Assembly (NCBI RefSeq): GCF_006345805.1
Contig: NC_042997.1
Span: 188,108,001 to 188,172,000 of the forward strand
From: Octopus sinensis
Lineage: Eukaryota
Direction: 5' to 3'
DNA: 64,000 nt
Position numbers and translations under genes: made by a program. The notes below the pieces were generated by a model. The model had not been told where the DNA came from. It saw only the letters and a list, made by a program, of their open reading frames with translations, and searched no databases. Positions 13,319-25,478 of this stretch are shown one piece after another; positions within the stretch are counted from its first letter, which is position 1; each line of letters starts with the position of its first letter.

Positions 13319-13322
<4 letters not shown>
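9824..13322. repeat. apparently identical tandem duplication, period 1773 bp (9824-11549 and 11597-13322), joined by (TA)n
   Basis: Identical ORF pairs offset by exactly 1773 (9901/11674, 10128/11901, 11228/13001). I saw no differences by eye. Confidence 0.95.
9990..11420 (-). mobile_element. decayed RTE LINE (RT core to 3' UTR) with a family C SINE inside; duplicated at 11763-13193
   Basis: VGIHQGSILSP and PWELLYVVDLV (YADD relic), YYLGVFINSGGSC, EGSWGRGRPRKIWDKVLMADF, (CAT)n tail. Confidence 0.85.
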
Positions 13323-13353
<31 letters not shown>

Positions 13354-13360
<7 letters not shown>

Positions 13361-13655
13361 ACCAACCAGGCCATCAGATGTTGCTACACATCGCTGGTCA
13401 CAATGCGCTTCGCATTGTTTTAGCCTTCAAATGACGCCACTCCACTGGCTAAGCAAGCAGGCCAACAGAAGAAAGAGTGACAGAAAGTTGTGGTGAAAGA
13501 GTACAGCAGGGATCACCACTACACCCTCCTGGAGCCTCGTGGAGCTTCTAGGGTGGTTTTCGCTCAATAAACACTCACAACGCCTGGTCTGGGAATCGAA
13601 ACCGCAATCTTACGACCGCGAGTCCACTGTCCTAACCACTGGACCATTGCGCCTC

Positions 13656-13657
<2 letters not shown>
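13354..13657 (-). mobile_element. SINE family D, tail type 2
   Basis: Same tRNA-like head and middle as 8785-9080 but a different 3' tail (...catctgatggcctggttggtcacgtgat). Confidence 0.75.
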
Positions 13658-13690
<33 letters not shown>

Positions 13691-14399
13691 GATGGGCTTC
13701 TTTCAGTTTCCATCAATCAAATTCACTCTCAGGGTTTTGGTTGGCCCAAGGCTATTGTAGAAGACACTTGTTCAAGGTGCTACACAGGACTGAACTTGAA
13801 ACCATGTTGTTGGGAAGCAAACTTCTTAGCCACACAGCCACATCTGTAACCTAAATGTGTGTGTAAGTGTGTGTGTGTATATGTATATATATATATATAT
13901 ATATAATCCTGAAAAGGTAGTTGTTATTTATTATCTCAGTTATAATGATCCTGTATAGAACTCAAATAATGGAGTCACATTCTTTCTTCCAGAACCCAAG
14001 TTCAGTCTTATTTTTTAACTCAGATCAGTCCTGTTCCTCTAATGATAAATATTGAAAGTTGAAAATACCAGATTTGTAAATTCTTTTTTGGTGGTCAATA
14101 AATGTTTTCTTTCTTTCTTACATTTTTATTAGAAATTTATTGTCAAGTAAACAGCTGACTTCTGTAATATGGAACATGTTTTTTTATATATCTTGTTCTC
14201 TCAAATAACAATGTCAGGCTGGTTGTATTTTAATTAAAAATAGCTGCTGCTTAAATTTTCGAGTTTCACAAGTATTCTTCTATCCACGTGTCTCAGTGTA
14301 TATGAGTGGGCATGTGTGTGTGTATGTGTGTGTGTGTGTGTGTGTTTGTGTGTGTGTGTATGTGTATGTGTGTGTTACTCTTAAACAAGAATGTTGTTG

Positions 14400-14444
14400 A
14401 CAGTGACTTCGAAGTTTCAACCAGCTAAGCCATCATCAGACTGC
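14400..14444 (-). ncRNA. minimal type I hammerhead ribozyme motif
   Basis: Minus strand reads GCAGU-CUGAUGA-U-GGCU(UAGCU)GGUU-GAAA-C(UUCGAA)G-UC^ACUGU. Helix I has 5 bp, helix II has 4 bp (three G-U), helix III has a palindromic loop, and the cleavage triplet is GUC. Confidence 0.8.
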
Positions 14445-14774
14445 ATACATGTATGTATGTATGTATGGGCTAACTGTATGCTTGAAGAATCTTTTTGGGA
14501 GTGTTTTGTTTCAATGAAAAATACAAGGGTTCGAAATTTGGTACACCTGCCTTATACTTAATATCATGATATTTAATGACAGAAAGGAAACTGGATCAAT
14601 ACATAGAAAATTGTGTGAATAATCTTGGAATGACCCCTAAAAATAGAGCTAATCTCATCAGTTGCTACTCTGACCAATATAAAATAGAAATCTATATTTG
14701 TCTCTCCTTTCATGTAAACATATGTGAATGTGTATAAAGTACTTCTAACTCCCAGACAGAAACTCAATAATATA

Positions 14775-14887
14775 TAAGTTAATATATAGGTAGATATATA
14801 TATATATATAAATGTTTAGATAGATATACTTTTGAGTATGTGTGTGCATACACATTCTTGTGTGTATGTATATATATACATACATAC

Positions 14888-14920
<33 letters not shown>

Positions 14921-14931
14921 CATATACATAC

Positions 14932-14962
<31 letters not shown>

Positions 14963-15191
14963 CATACACATATACATACATATATATATACATATAAATA
15001 TATATATATATATATATAAAACACATGCATACATCCTTGCACATACATATTTACATATATGCATATAAGCAAATGTTAATGCATTCATATGTACATACAC
15101 ACATATATTTATATGCTTAGGCATATAAATGCATATGTACATATATACATTTGTGTGTGTATATATACATATATATACACATATTGTATGT

Positions 15192-15252
<61 letters not shown>

Positions 15253-15642
15253 CACACACAGACACACGCATACATGTACATACTAGTCTTTGTTTCCATG
15301 CACACACATGAATACTTATATATACATATATTGTACACACAAACTCTTTTGTTTACTTTCTCCAAAACCCACATGTGTTCACAAAATACTCTCTTACTCT
15401 TTTTATCTGTCTCACTTTTTCTCACACACACACATATGCATGCATACATGAACATACATTTACACACACACACACATATACATGCACACACATACATGCA
15501 CACATACACACACAAATACACATTTTTATTCGTCTACTACCACACACACACATACTCACACACACGCGCACACACACACATACACTCACACACACGCGCA
15601 CACACACACATACACTCACACACACGCGCACACACACTCACG

Positions 15643-15673
<31 letters not shown>

Positions 15674-15675
15674 AG
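14775..15675. repeat. long compound (TA)n/(CA)n/(CG)n microsatellite field
   Basis: Directly visible. It includes repeated cacacacacatacactcacacacacgcg units at about 15540-15650. Confidence 0.95.
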
Positions 15676-16414
15676 AGTAAGTGCTTAAGAATTTCAGGTC
15701 AGCTGAGAAATCATTAAGCAAACAACAATATGTTTGAATATTGATCGAAACCAAAGCAATTATTTCCAAATGTTGCAGATTCCACCAGCAGTCTGATTTA
15801 TGATCAATACTGCCTTAGAAAGCTTTGAAAAGCCAATAATTCACTTCTCTTTACTGACAAAACCAGGCAAGAAGACAGTCGTTGTTGCTTCGTCTTTCTA
15901 CCTGAAACTCCTCCTCTATCCTCATCGTAGTATATAAAAAACAAAACAAAACAGCAATAAATTAAACAAACACAAAAGCATAATAAAGAGATGTCTGCGT
16001 TTATGAAACTCTGTAGGTTTTTAGCCTCTCTGTTCAATTGGTCAGTAAAGTTATATAGAATTTGACCTGTACAAAATTATTTGTTATTTTTATATCTTGC
16101 TGGCAGCAAATTGTAATGTACTTTCTAATTCTGGAAATAGGAAATGAATTTTCTTTTGAGGACCTAAATTTGTGTGTGTGTGTGTTCTTTATTTTACATT
16201 TTTATTGTCAGAGGATATCTGGGGTGGAATGGCTACACTTTTCGTATGGGTCATTTACTTTATGTTTGCTTTTTTAGTTTTTCCTTCATATTTTGACCAG
16301 GTGGTGACTTGTTAAAGAGTGACACCATGTTGCTATAAAGAAGGCTGATTGTGATCAGAGTTGATGTGTTGGCAGAATTTCTATTGGCTTTTATTTATTT
16401 TATTTTTTTAACAG

Positions 16415-16450
16415 TGCATCATGCTTCCCTTTCCTTCATGGACACTAGAG
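16415..16450 (+). CDS. candidate internal exon (36 nt; CIMLPFPSWTLE in phase 0)
   Basis: Strong acceptor ttttatttattttatttttttaacag|, donor GAG|gtaaat, symmetric length, two open frames. Confidence 0.45.
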
Positions 16451-16904
16451 GTAAATAAACTTCTTTCTTTCATGAGCAATTTATTATAAAAACCTGATAA
16501 GTTACAATTTTCTCACTTCTATTACAATTATAATTTCTAATATTGGCATAAGGCCACATATTTATAGGAGAGGAGATATACTCAATTGAATTGCATGTCA
16601 AGAGAGGTAACTAAACACCAAAGAGCATTTTGTCCAACGTTCTACTGAATCTACCATCCAACACCCTAACCTGTATTATGATAAGGAATTTATATTGCCG
16701 CATGGCAAATTGTGGAATGAGATAAATTTTGCTGCATTAACCCTGGTGTATAGATGGCACTTATTTTATCAACACCAAGAGGATAAGTAACAATGACAAC
16801 CTGGGTGCAATTTAAACTTTGAACAAAGAAAGACTAAACTGAATAATGCAAAGCCCTTAATCTGGCTGAGTGATATCTTGGCTTACCTATAATGTCCTCA
16901 CCTA

Positions 16905-17620
16905 TCATCATCATCATCATCGTTTAACGTCTGCTTTCCATGCTAGCATGGGTTGGACGATTTGACTGAGGACTGGTGAACCAGATGGCTGCACCAGGCT
17001 CCAATCTGATTTGGCAGCTGGATGCCCTTCCTAATGCCAACCACTCCGAGAGTGTAGTGGGTGCTTTTACGTGCCACCAGAACGAGGTCCAGTCAGGCGA
17101 TACTGGCAATGGCCACGCTCAAATGGTGTTTTTTATGTTCCACCTGCACAGGAGCCAGTCCAGTGGCACTGGCAACGACCTCGCTCGAATGTTTTTTCAC
17201 ATGCTACCAGCACAAGTGCCAGTAAGGCGACGCAGGTAACGATGACATTCAAATGGTGTTTTTTACGTGCCACCGGTACGGAGGCCAGCTTGTTGCTCTG
17301 GCAATGATCACGCTTGTATGGTACTCTTAGCACTCCACTAGCACGGATGCCAGGCATCGAATTTGATTTCGATTTCACTTACCTCGACAAGTCTTCGCAA
17401 GCCGAGTTTAGTGTCCAATGAAGGAAGCGTACGCATAAGTGGACTGGTTACACCCCTGGCATAGGCCGCAAGGCTTGAGCTTGCCGAGTCTTCTCAAGCA
17501 CAGCATATTTCCAAAGGTCCTGGTCACTAGTCATTACCTCGATGAGGCCCAATGTTCGAAGGTCATGCTTCACCACCTCATCCCAGGTTTTCCTGGGTCT
17601 ACCTCTTCCACAGGTTGCAA
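16905..17620 (-). mobile_element. RTE LINE 3' end
   Basis: TCGRGRPRKTWDEVVKHDL motif near 17560-17620, followed by the 3' UTR and (CAT)n. Confidence 0.8.
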
Positions 17621-17624
17621 ATGC

Positions 17625-17880
17625 AGTGGACAGATCTTCTGTGAAAACTTTCTTTAGAGCTGTTTGATCTTCTCAGCATGCAGTTGGTCCACTTTGTCCA
17701 TTTCAAGATACAGTATCAATGAATTTTCCCCCAAATACAGAGCCATGTGACTTGCCATATCCTCAATACCTTGCAACCTGGCCACCAACTTGAACTTCTG
17801 AATCCAGACAATAACATCTTCCTTGCCACAGAAGGGTCTGGTGGCATTACTACTGATCCATATTTTTGTTGGCATATTGT
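17625..17880 (-). mobile_element. LTR retrotransposon (Gypsy-like) gag fragment
   Basis: PFCGKEDVIVWIQKFKLVARLQGIEDMASHMALYLGENSLILYLEMDKVDQLHAEKIK resembles invertebrate Gypsy gag N-termini (recognised from memory). Confidence 0.6.
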
Positions 17881-18229
17881 CCAGAAAGTGGAAGGAAATG
17901 AGAAAAAAAAAAACTGAAATAGCTTGTGGTATGGGGTAAAGCATAGTTCACCTACCTCACAGGTCCTCTCGTAACATCGGTCCTTTCCAGCTGAGATATA
18001 TCCATGCCTAAACCCTGGTCACAAACAAACAGCAAATTCCCTGAACTCATGTGGCCACTAAGTCCATCCCAAGCAAGAGCCCCACAGCAAAAGAGGCTTA
18101 CACTAGTTATCCTTCTGCCCACATGATCCTCCTTGCTCCTCTTCCTCCAGCAAGGCCCCTTGGCCATTTGCGAGATGTCATTGGCTCTATACTTCTACCC
18201 CCTCCTTACACCCATATTATGAAGTGCAG

Positions 18230-19090
18230 ATGTGGCTGTGTGGTTAAGAAGTTTGCTTCCCATCCATAACGTTCAGGGTTCAGTACCACTGTATAGTACC
18301 TTGAGCACAAAGCCAACCAAAGCTTTATGAGTGAATTTGGTAGAGAGAAACTGAAAGAAGCCTATCATATGTGGTGGTGCAAGGGAGATGACTGTGCTGG
18401 TATGGTTATGTGCTGCATATGGATGAGGCGAGCTGTGTGAAAAAGTGTCACTCCCTAACAGTGCTAGCAACCCATGGAAGAGGGAAACCCAGGAAGACAT
18501 GGGATGAGGTACTGAAGCATGACCTTCAAACGATGGGCCTCACAGCGGCAATGATGAAAGACTCAGACCTCTGGAGATATGCCGTGATTGAGAAAACCCA
18601 GTAAAGAAAGTGATATCACAGCCATAGCCTACACCAGCGTCACATAACCAGCCCATTTAAAAAGTTCCTTTGAATTGTCGGCCAACATTCCATGCTTGAG
18701 GAGACCTATTGAGTCAAGTAAATCAAAATCAAATCAAATCACAATCAAATGGAAATTGTAGTTGTGGCCATTACCAGTGCTGGTAGCATGCAGTAAGCAC
18801 CATTCATTCATGCGTGGGTCTCTGCCAGAGCTGCTTGCTTGGCTCCCCGTGCCAGTGGTACATAAAAAGCACCATCTAAATGTAGTCAATGCCAACTCCC
18901 CTGTTCTGACTGACTCCTGTGCCAGTGGCACATAAAAAGCACCATCCAAACATGGCCAATGCCAGTGCGACCTAACTAGCTCCCGTGCTGGTGGCACATA
19001 AAAAGTACCCACTATGCTCTCAGAGTGGTTGGTATTAGGAAAGGCATCCAGCTGTAGAAACATTGTCAGATCAGATTGGAGCCTGGTAAT
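18230..19090 (+). mobile_element. SINE A head followed by an RTE 3' segment
   Basis: SINE head about 18230-18370, then LHMDEASCVKKCHSLTVLATHGRGKPRKTWDEVLKHDL and the UTR repeat units. Confidence 0.75.
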
Positions 19091-19906
19091 AATAATGTTT
19101 CTAATATATGTGCAAGGCTACAAACATAGCAAGGGAGGAGATCAGTTGATTAAATAAATTTTGGTACTTGACTGGTACTTTATTTTACGGGTGAAAGGCA
19201 AAGATGATTTCAACAAATTTTGAGCTCCATTTCAGAGAACCCTAAACCACAAACCTTTCTATTCAATTCCCTAACAGTTCTGTCAATTCACTGTTGTAGC
19301 AATAATAATAGTTTTAATGTAGACATAATTAAGGAGGGGAATGAACAGTCCATTCCATCGACATCAATATTTAACTTAGTACTTTATTTTATGAACCTGG
19401 TGGAATGGAAGACAAAGTTGACTACAGTGAGATTTGAACTCATCATCATCATCATCATCATTTAACATCCGCTTTCCATGCTAGCATGGGTTGGACGATT
19501 TGACTGAGGACTGGTGAACCAGATGGCTGCACCAGGCTCCGATCTGATCTGGCAGAGTTTCTACAGCTGGATGCCCTTCCTAAAGCCAACCACTCCGAGA
19601 GTGAGTCGATCATGCACTGGGTCATGTGGAGCGACCCGTTGGCAGAAAGGAGCAACGAGAACATCCCTTCCAGACGGTCGGTCACCTCTTCTGATCAGTG
19701 AGATTTTTCCAGTACTTTCTACTATATGTAGAAGGCCTGGAATTTATGGGGTAGGGTTTAACTGATCACATTGACCCCAGTACTTGACTGGTACTTAATT
19801 TATCAACCCCGAAAGGATGAAACGCAAAGTTGACCTCAGTGTAATTTGAACTAAGCATTTCATCTAGCATGCTAACGATTCTGCCAGCTTGCCGCCTTAG
19901 TAACAC

Positions 19907-19938
<32 letters not shown>

Positions 19939-20427
19939 TAATAATAATAATTCTTTCTAATTTTAGTATAAGGCCAGCAATTTTGAGCAGAAGGATGAAA
20001 GCAAAGTTAACTTTGACAGAATTTGAACTCAAAACGTAAAGCTGAAAGAAATGCTGCTTAGCATTCTGTCTGGCATGCAAACGGTTCTACCTCCTGTCGA
20101 CTTGCTGCTTTAATAATGATGATGGTTTCAAATTTTGGTGCAAGGCCTGCAATTTCACGAGAGGGGTTAAGCCAATTTTCTTGACCCCAGTATTTAACTT
20201 GTACTTATTTTATCAACCCCAAAAGGAAGTAAGGCAAAGTTGACCGTGGCGAAATTTGAACTCAGAATGTAAAGATGTACAAAATGCCAATTATCGTTTT
20301 GTTCAGCATGCAAATGATTCTGCAAACTTGCTGTTTTAATTATAATAAAAGCAATAATTATTATCAATCTATGCCTTTAATTTCTGTGAGGTGAAGTAGC
20401 AATATATATATATATATATATACATGT

Positions 20428-20589
20428 GCAGGCATGGCTATGTGGTAAGAAGCTTAATTCCCAATCAGATGGTTCCGGGTTCAGTCTCACTGCAGGGCAC
20501 CTTGGGTAAGTGCCTTCTACTATAGCCTCGGGCCAACCAAAGCCTTGTGAGTGGATCTGGTAGACGGAAACTGAAAGAAACCCATCATA

Positions 20590-20642
<53 letters not shown>

Positions 20643-21825
20643 TTCATAGTGTTCATAGTCGACAGAATGTAAGTACCTTGAGAGAAAAGTTGGACCTAAG
20701 AAGCATCAGTTGTTGTGTGCAAGAGAGATGATTGTGCTGGTATGGTCATGTGGTGAGAATGGATGAAGATAGGTGTGTGAAAAAGTGCCACACCCTGGCA
20801 GTTGAAGGGACCTGTGGAAGAGGTAGACCCAGGAAAATCTGGGATGAGGTGGTGAAGCACGACCTTCGAACTTTATGTCTCACCAAGGAAATGACTAGAG
20901 ACCGAGACCTATGGAAGTATACTGTGCGTGAGAAGACCCGGCAAGACCAGTGAGAACAGTCAAAATCAAAATCAAACCAAATCAAATCAGATATCAGAAA
21001 GCAAAACCAAAATTGAGGTCGATCAACATCAGTGAAAATTGCAGCTGTGGTTAAGCGAACCATCCGATCGTGGTCATTGCCGGCGCCGCCCCGTCTGGTC
21101 TCCATGCCGGTGGCACGTAAAAGCACCATCTGTTCGTGTCCATTGCCAGCCTTGCCTGGCCCCCGTGCCGGTGGCACGTAAAAGCACCATCCGCTCATGT
21201 CTGTTGCCAGCCTTGCCTGGCCCCCGTGCCGGTGGCACATAAAAGCACCATCCGCTCGTCTCCATTGCCAGCCTCGCCTGGTCCCCATGCCGGTGGCACG
21301 TAAAAGCACCATCCGTTCGTGGCCGTTTGCCAGCTCTGTCTGGCACCTGTGCGGGTGGCACGTAAAAAGCACCCACTACACTCACGGAGTGGTTGGCGTT
21401 AGGAAGGGCATCCAGCCGTAGAAACACTGCCAGATCTGACTGGGCCTGATGAAGCCTTCCAGCTTCACAGACCCCAGTTGAACCGTCCAACCCATGCTAG
21501 CATGGAAAACGGACGCTAAATGATGATGATGATGATGATGATATATATATATATGTATATATATATTTATATTTATATGCATGCATGTATTTATGTGTGT
21601 TTGTGTGTGTGTCAGTGTTTGTCCCCCTCCCATCGCTTGACAACTAATGCTAGTGTATTTATGCCCCCATAACTTAGTGGTTCAGCAAAAGGGTTCGATA
21701 GAATAAGTATTAGGCCTACAAAGAATAAGTCCTAGGGTCGATTTCTTCAACTAAAACCCTTTAAGGTGGTGCTCCAGCATGGCTGGAGTCACCTGACTGA
21801 AACAAGTAAAAGAATAAAAGAACAA
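20428..21825 (+). mobile_element. SINE A split at its (TA)n by an RTE 3' end (about 20640-21540) carrying a 61-bp minisatellite
   Basis: CWYGHVVRMDEDRCVKKCHTLAVEGTCGRGRPRKIWDEVVKHDL. Repeat units start at 21105, 21166, 21227 and 21288. The SINE tail resumes near 21610. Confidence 0.85.
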
Positions 21826-22284
21826 GTGAAGTTAATGAACTTAATAAATGACAGGTATTTTGCACGTGTTTTAAACCCTTTTATTTCTAGTCTTATTTTT
21901 GGCCTATCATATTTGAAGTGTTATGAATGTGATACTTGATGAATTTTAACCCTTACATAATTGTAACCTGCTTTTAAATTCTCACAGCACTAGATAAAGA
22001 TTAAAATCTCTTTGAAATATTTTCCCTGTAAAGATTTTTAATGATATTAAATTCATAAATGTGGTAATGTTCTTTGATATATTTATAATAAAATACATAC
22101 ACCTTTCCACGGTAGATCCCTACCTTACCACCACCAAAAAAGGGAATATGGATGAAATATTCTGGTATATAGATAATAGAAACATAGGGCAATGGCCCAA
22201 AAGGTTTGTAGTATTTAGATTGTTTTTTTTTTTGTTTTTTTTTATATTCTGTGTTCAAATCCAGATCTCATTTTCTACTTCCAG

Positions 22285-22333
22285 GCTTCTAATAAACTGA
22301 GGCTACTGTGTGAAAACAATGCAGAATATTCTG
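22285..22333 (+). CDS. candidate internal exon ASNKLRLLCENNAEYS (phase 0 to 1)
   Basis: Acceptor tcattttctacttccag|, donor CTG|gtattt, only one open frame. Confidence 0.4.
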
Positions 22334-25300
22334 GTATTTAGATGATGTTGATGATGCTGACAACAATGAAGATTGTGATAATTGCAAGTGGCAGCAGTGG
22401 TAGCAGTAATGGTGGCAGCTGCAGCAGTGGCAGTGATGATTATACTCATCATTTCTTCTTCCTTTTCTCTTTATCATTTACTACTCCAAAGTGTGCCCTT
22501 TCTTTCATGTGGCTATATTTTGATATTATTATTTTTTTTATTAGTAATCTCAAGGCAGTTATTGTTTGAATATGCATGGGGTGTTTCTCGCTTTTTTTTT
22601 GTTTATTTTTTTTTACATCCAATAATTTTCTGCTTTGAGACAAACAAAAACTACAAAATTAATAATACTTTTTCATAATAGTTTCCATTATCACTTGTAC
22701 TCCATTAGATTAATAAAAATGAATGAATAAATAAATACATTACGTTTCTTTGTTTATTAAACACCATCTCTCTCTCTCAGTCATTCTCAGTGAAACCAGA
22801 TGTTGCCAATAAGTGCCAATGAAATTGTTTTAATGTCAGCTAATATTTTTTCACAAGTGTTCACTTGTGTTGAACCTAAAGAAAACAGACTGTGCAATGG
22901 CTTTAAAAGAAGAAAAGAATCAAATCATGTTCTTTGACCCATAAAAATATTTGGCTTAAGTATAGTCATCTTAATCTAATCAATAAAACAAATGGATCCT
23001 TGAGCAGAGAAAGTAAGTTTACTCCCAGTCAGCTGCTGTGATTTCATTTGTTTGGTGCTAAGAGAATAAAACCTTATCTTAACTCTGGCCTAGTTGAATG
23101 TTGTCTTATTTTACGGATGATGCCAAAAGAAGTTAGTTACAAGAAAAGTGTCATACATCATAATGTGATGCTAAAAAACATGGTCACCATCAATTCCACC
23201 ACCACCACCACCACCACCACCATAACAACAACAAATTACTGTATTTGTCCACCTACTATAACAAGAAGAGAGTCTCTACATGGTTGTTTGATATACTAGA
23301 AAGAGTAGCTAAATCTCCCTCAAATGAAGGCAGATGCTGAAGGAGCAGATACTGAAAGCAATGAAGGAAATGATTCTTTTACTCTTTTACTTGTTTCAGT
23401 CATTTGACTGTGGCCATGCTAGAGCACCACCTTTAGTTGAGCAAATCGACCCCAGGACTTATTCTTTGTAAGCCCAGTACTTATTCTATCGGTCTCTTTG
23501 CTGAACCGCTAAGTTACGAGGAATTAAACACACCAGCATCGGTTGTCAAGTGATGTTGGGGGGAGAAACACAGATACACAACATATACACACATACATAC
23601 ATATATATATACATATATACGACGGGCTTCTTTCAGTTTCCGTCGATCAAATCCACTCACAAGGCTTTGGTCGACCCGAGGCTATAGTAAAAGACACTTG
23701 CCCAAGATGCCACGCAGTGGAACTGAACCCGGAACCATGTGGTTGGTAAGCAAGCTACTTACCACACAGCCACTCCTACACCTATTTATGACTGTTTTCC
23801 CATTGCTAAGAAGGAAGAAAAATAGTCTCCACAATCATTTTGCACAGCCTTTGAGACCAATAGAGCAAAAGAAGGAAAGAAACCATGACTTGTGGGTCAT
23901 TCCAAACTAGATATCTAGTATGAATATTTGTAACAGATTGGGCATTTAAATGCCAGATGGTGTTAAATCAAGTGACAGATCAAGTCTACCACCATTACCT
24001 TCAGGTATTGGAGGGGAGAGAGAAGAAAGCTATAATTTTTATGGAGGAAAATACTGGAAGACGTTTTCAAAGACTAGGATAGATTCTCATAGATGGGTTA
24101 GGGACTAGGATTAGATCACACTATTTGAAGGTTGGATTAATCCAAGATTTTACACCTGAAGACTGTATGTGCATGTTGATGAAACTAGGGGTATAAAGGA
24201 AAATAATTTGGAAGGAGAATGTTGAATGAGTGCATTATTGTTGTTATTTAGTTCCAAATCATCTATGATCAAACAGATCTAGGATCAAAATATTCCATTT
24301 ATGACCATTCCATCTTATTTTGAGTCAATATTTCAAGGACAATATCATCTCATGTGACCTTCTATGTTAAAATAGTAAAGCCTTGTTTCAAGTAAATTTG
24401 ACTGCTTGTCCTAGCAGTAGAGGTTTCCTTGTTGAAGTGTGACAGCTGTGCAAAGTTGGAAAAACATAGGACAGCAAATATGAGTTTGTTTTTTTAGCAG
24501 GTATATTACTTGCTGAGACAAATTGGTTGAAGAATGGTCTGTAGGTAGGTTCTATAAAGTTAGTAAAGACTCTATTATTAAGGGACTAGATGGTTCTACT
24601 GCAAATTAGGGAATGTGTGAGTTTGCTGGCCGTGCTTTTCTGTGGGTTGTCTCTTTTTTCATAGTTTGGTCAGGAGGTAGGGGCTGTGACACAAGATGTG
24701 TGGTTTGTATGTTAGTAGGAATTGGCTGGTAGGATCCAAGCTGGTCTGAATTCCATGGATGTTTGTGAAGAGGAAGCAGTATCTAAAATGTTCAAAGAAA
24801 ACTATTCAGGCTTGCACCATGAATATGTTTTTGGTTGTTAAAAACATATTAATTACTTAAATAAATACAAAACCTCGAATTTAGGTGAAGAGAACAGTCA
24901 ATTATATTGGCTCTTATACTTAACAGGTACCTTATTTTATCAAGCCAGAAACCAGGAAGGATGACAGGCACATTGACAGAGTTTAAATTCAGAACATTAA
25001 GAGTTGGAACAAATGCTGCTAGGCATCTAATGACAATAAAACAATTCTGTTCAATAATGTTGCAATTGAAGATGATAGATGTGCACAAACAAGTTGTTTT
25101 AATTCTTAAAATTTAGTGACTCGGTAGTAAAGTTTTTTTTTCGTTATTTCAAAGTTACCTATTTGTATTTTGAAAAAAAATATTTTTACTGATCATTCAT
25201 TGACCTTATAATAAATCCTTTGTAATTACACAGTGACCTCTGTTGCAATTGTCATCAAACTTCTAAATACACTAAATTAGCATGGCCCATTGTAGATCAA

Positions 25301-25478
25301 TGGCCTTTATTACATGAATCTCTTTGATGGCACTGTTTACTCCTTGTTTATACAACAGCCTTTATGTTTCAGAATTTCTGATGAGTATTTATATCATTAT
25401 TCTTACACCAGGAATACTGAAGTAGAAATATCTTGCATTCAGGCCAGCATTATTGTATTTAGTCAAGATTTCATTGTA

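Noticed and set aside
13570-13657. tRNA-like sequence with A and B boxes
   Set aside because: It is a SINE head: no complete cloverleaf, and it continues into the SINE body; the same applies to all other SINE heads
14745-15717. Many ORFs of YI/CV/HT dipeptide repeats
   Set aside because: Translations of (TA)n, (CA)n and (TG)n microsatellites; the same applies to ORFs near 826-1206, 54067-54356, 56724-57108 and 61373-61763
15779-15866. Apparent exon with ttgcag acceptor and GC donor
   Set aside because: On rereading, all three frames contain stops
21105-21365. Regularly spaced repeats resembling a CRISPR array
   Set aside because: The spacers are near-identical rather than unique, the array lies within a LINE 3' UTR, and there are no cas genes in this eukaryotic context
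24040-24700. Possible very old LINE fragments
   Set aside because: Too decayed to assign any motif with confidence
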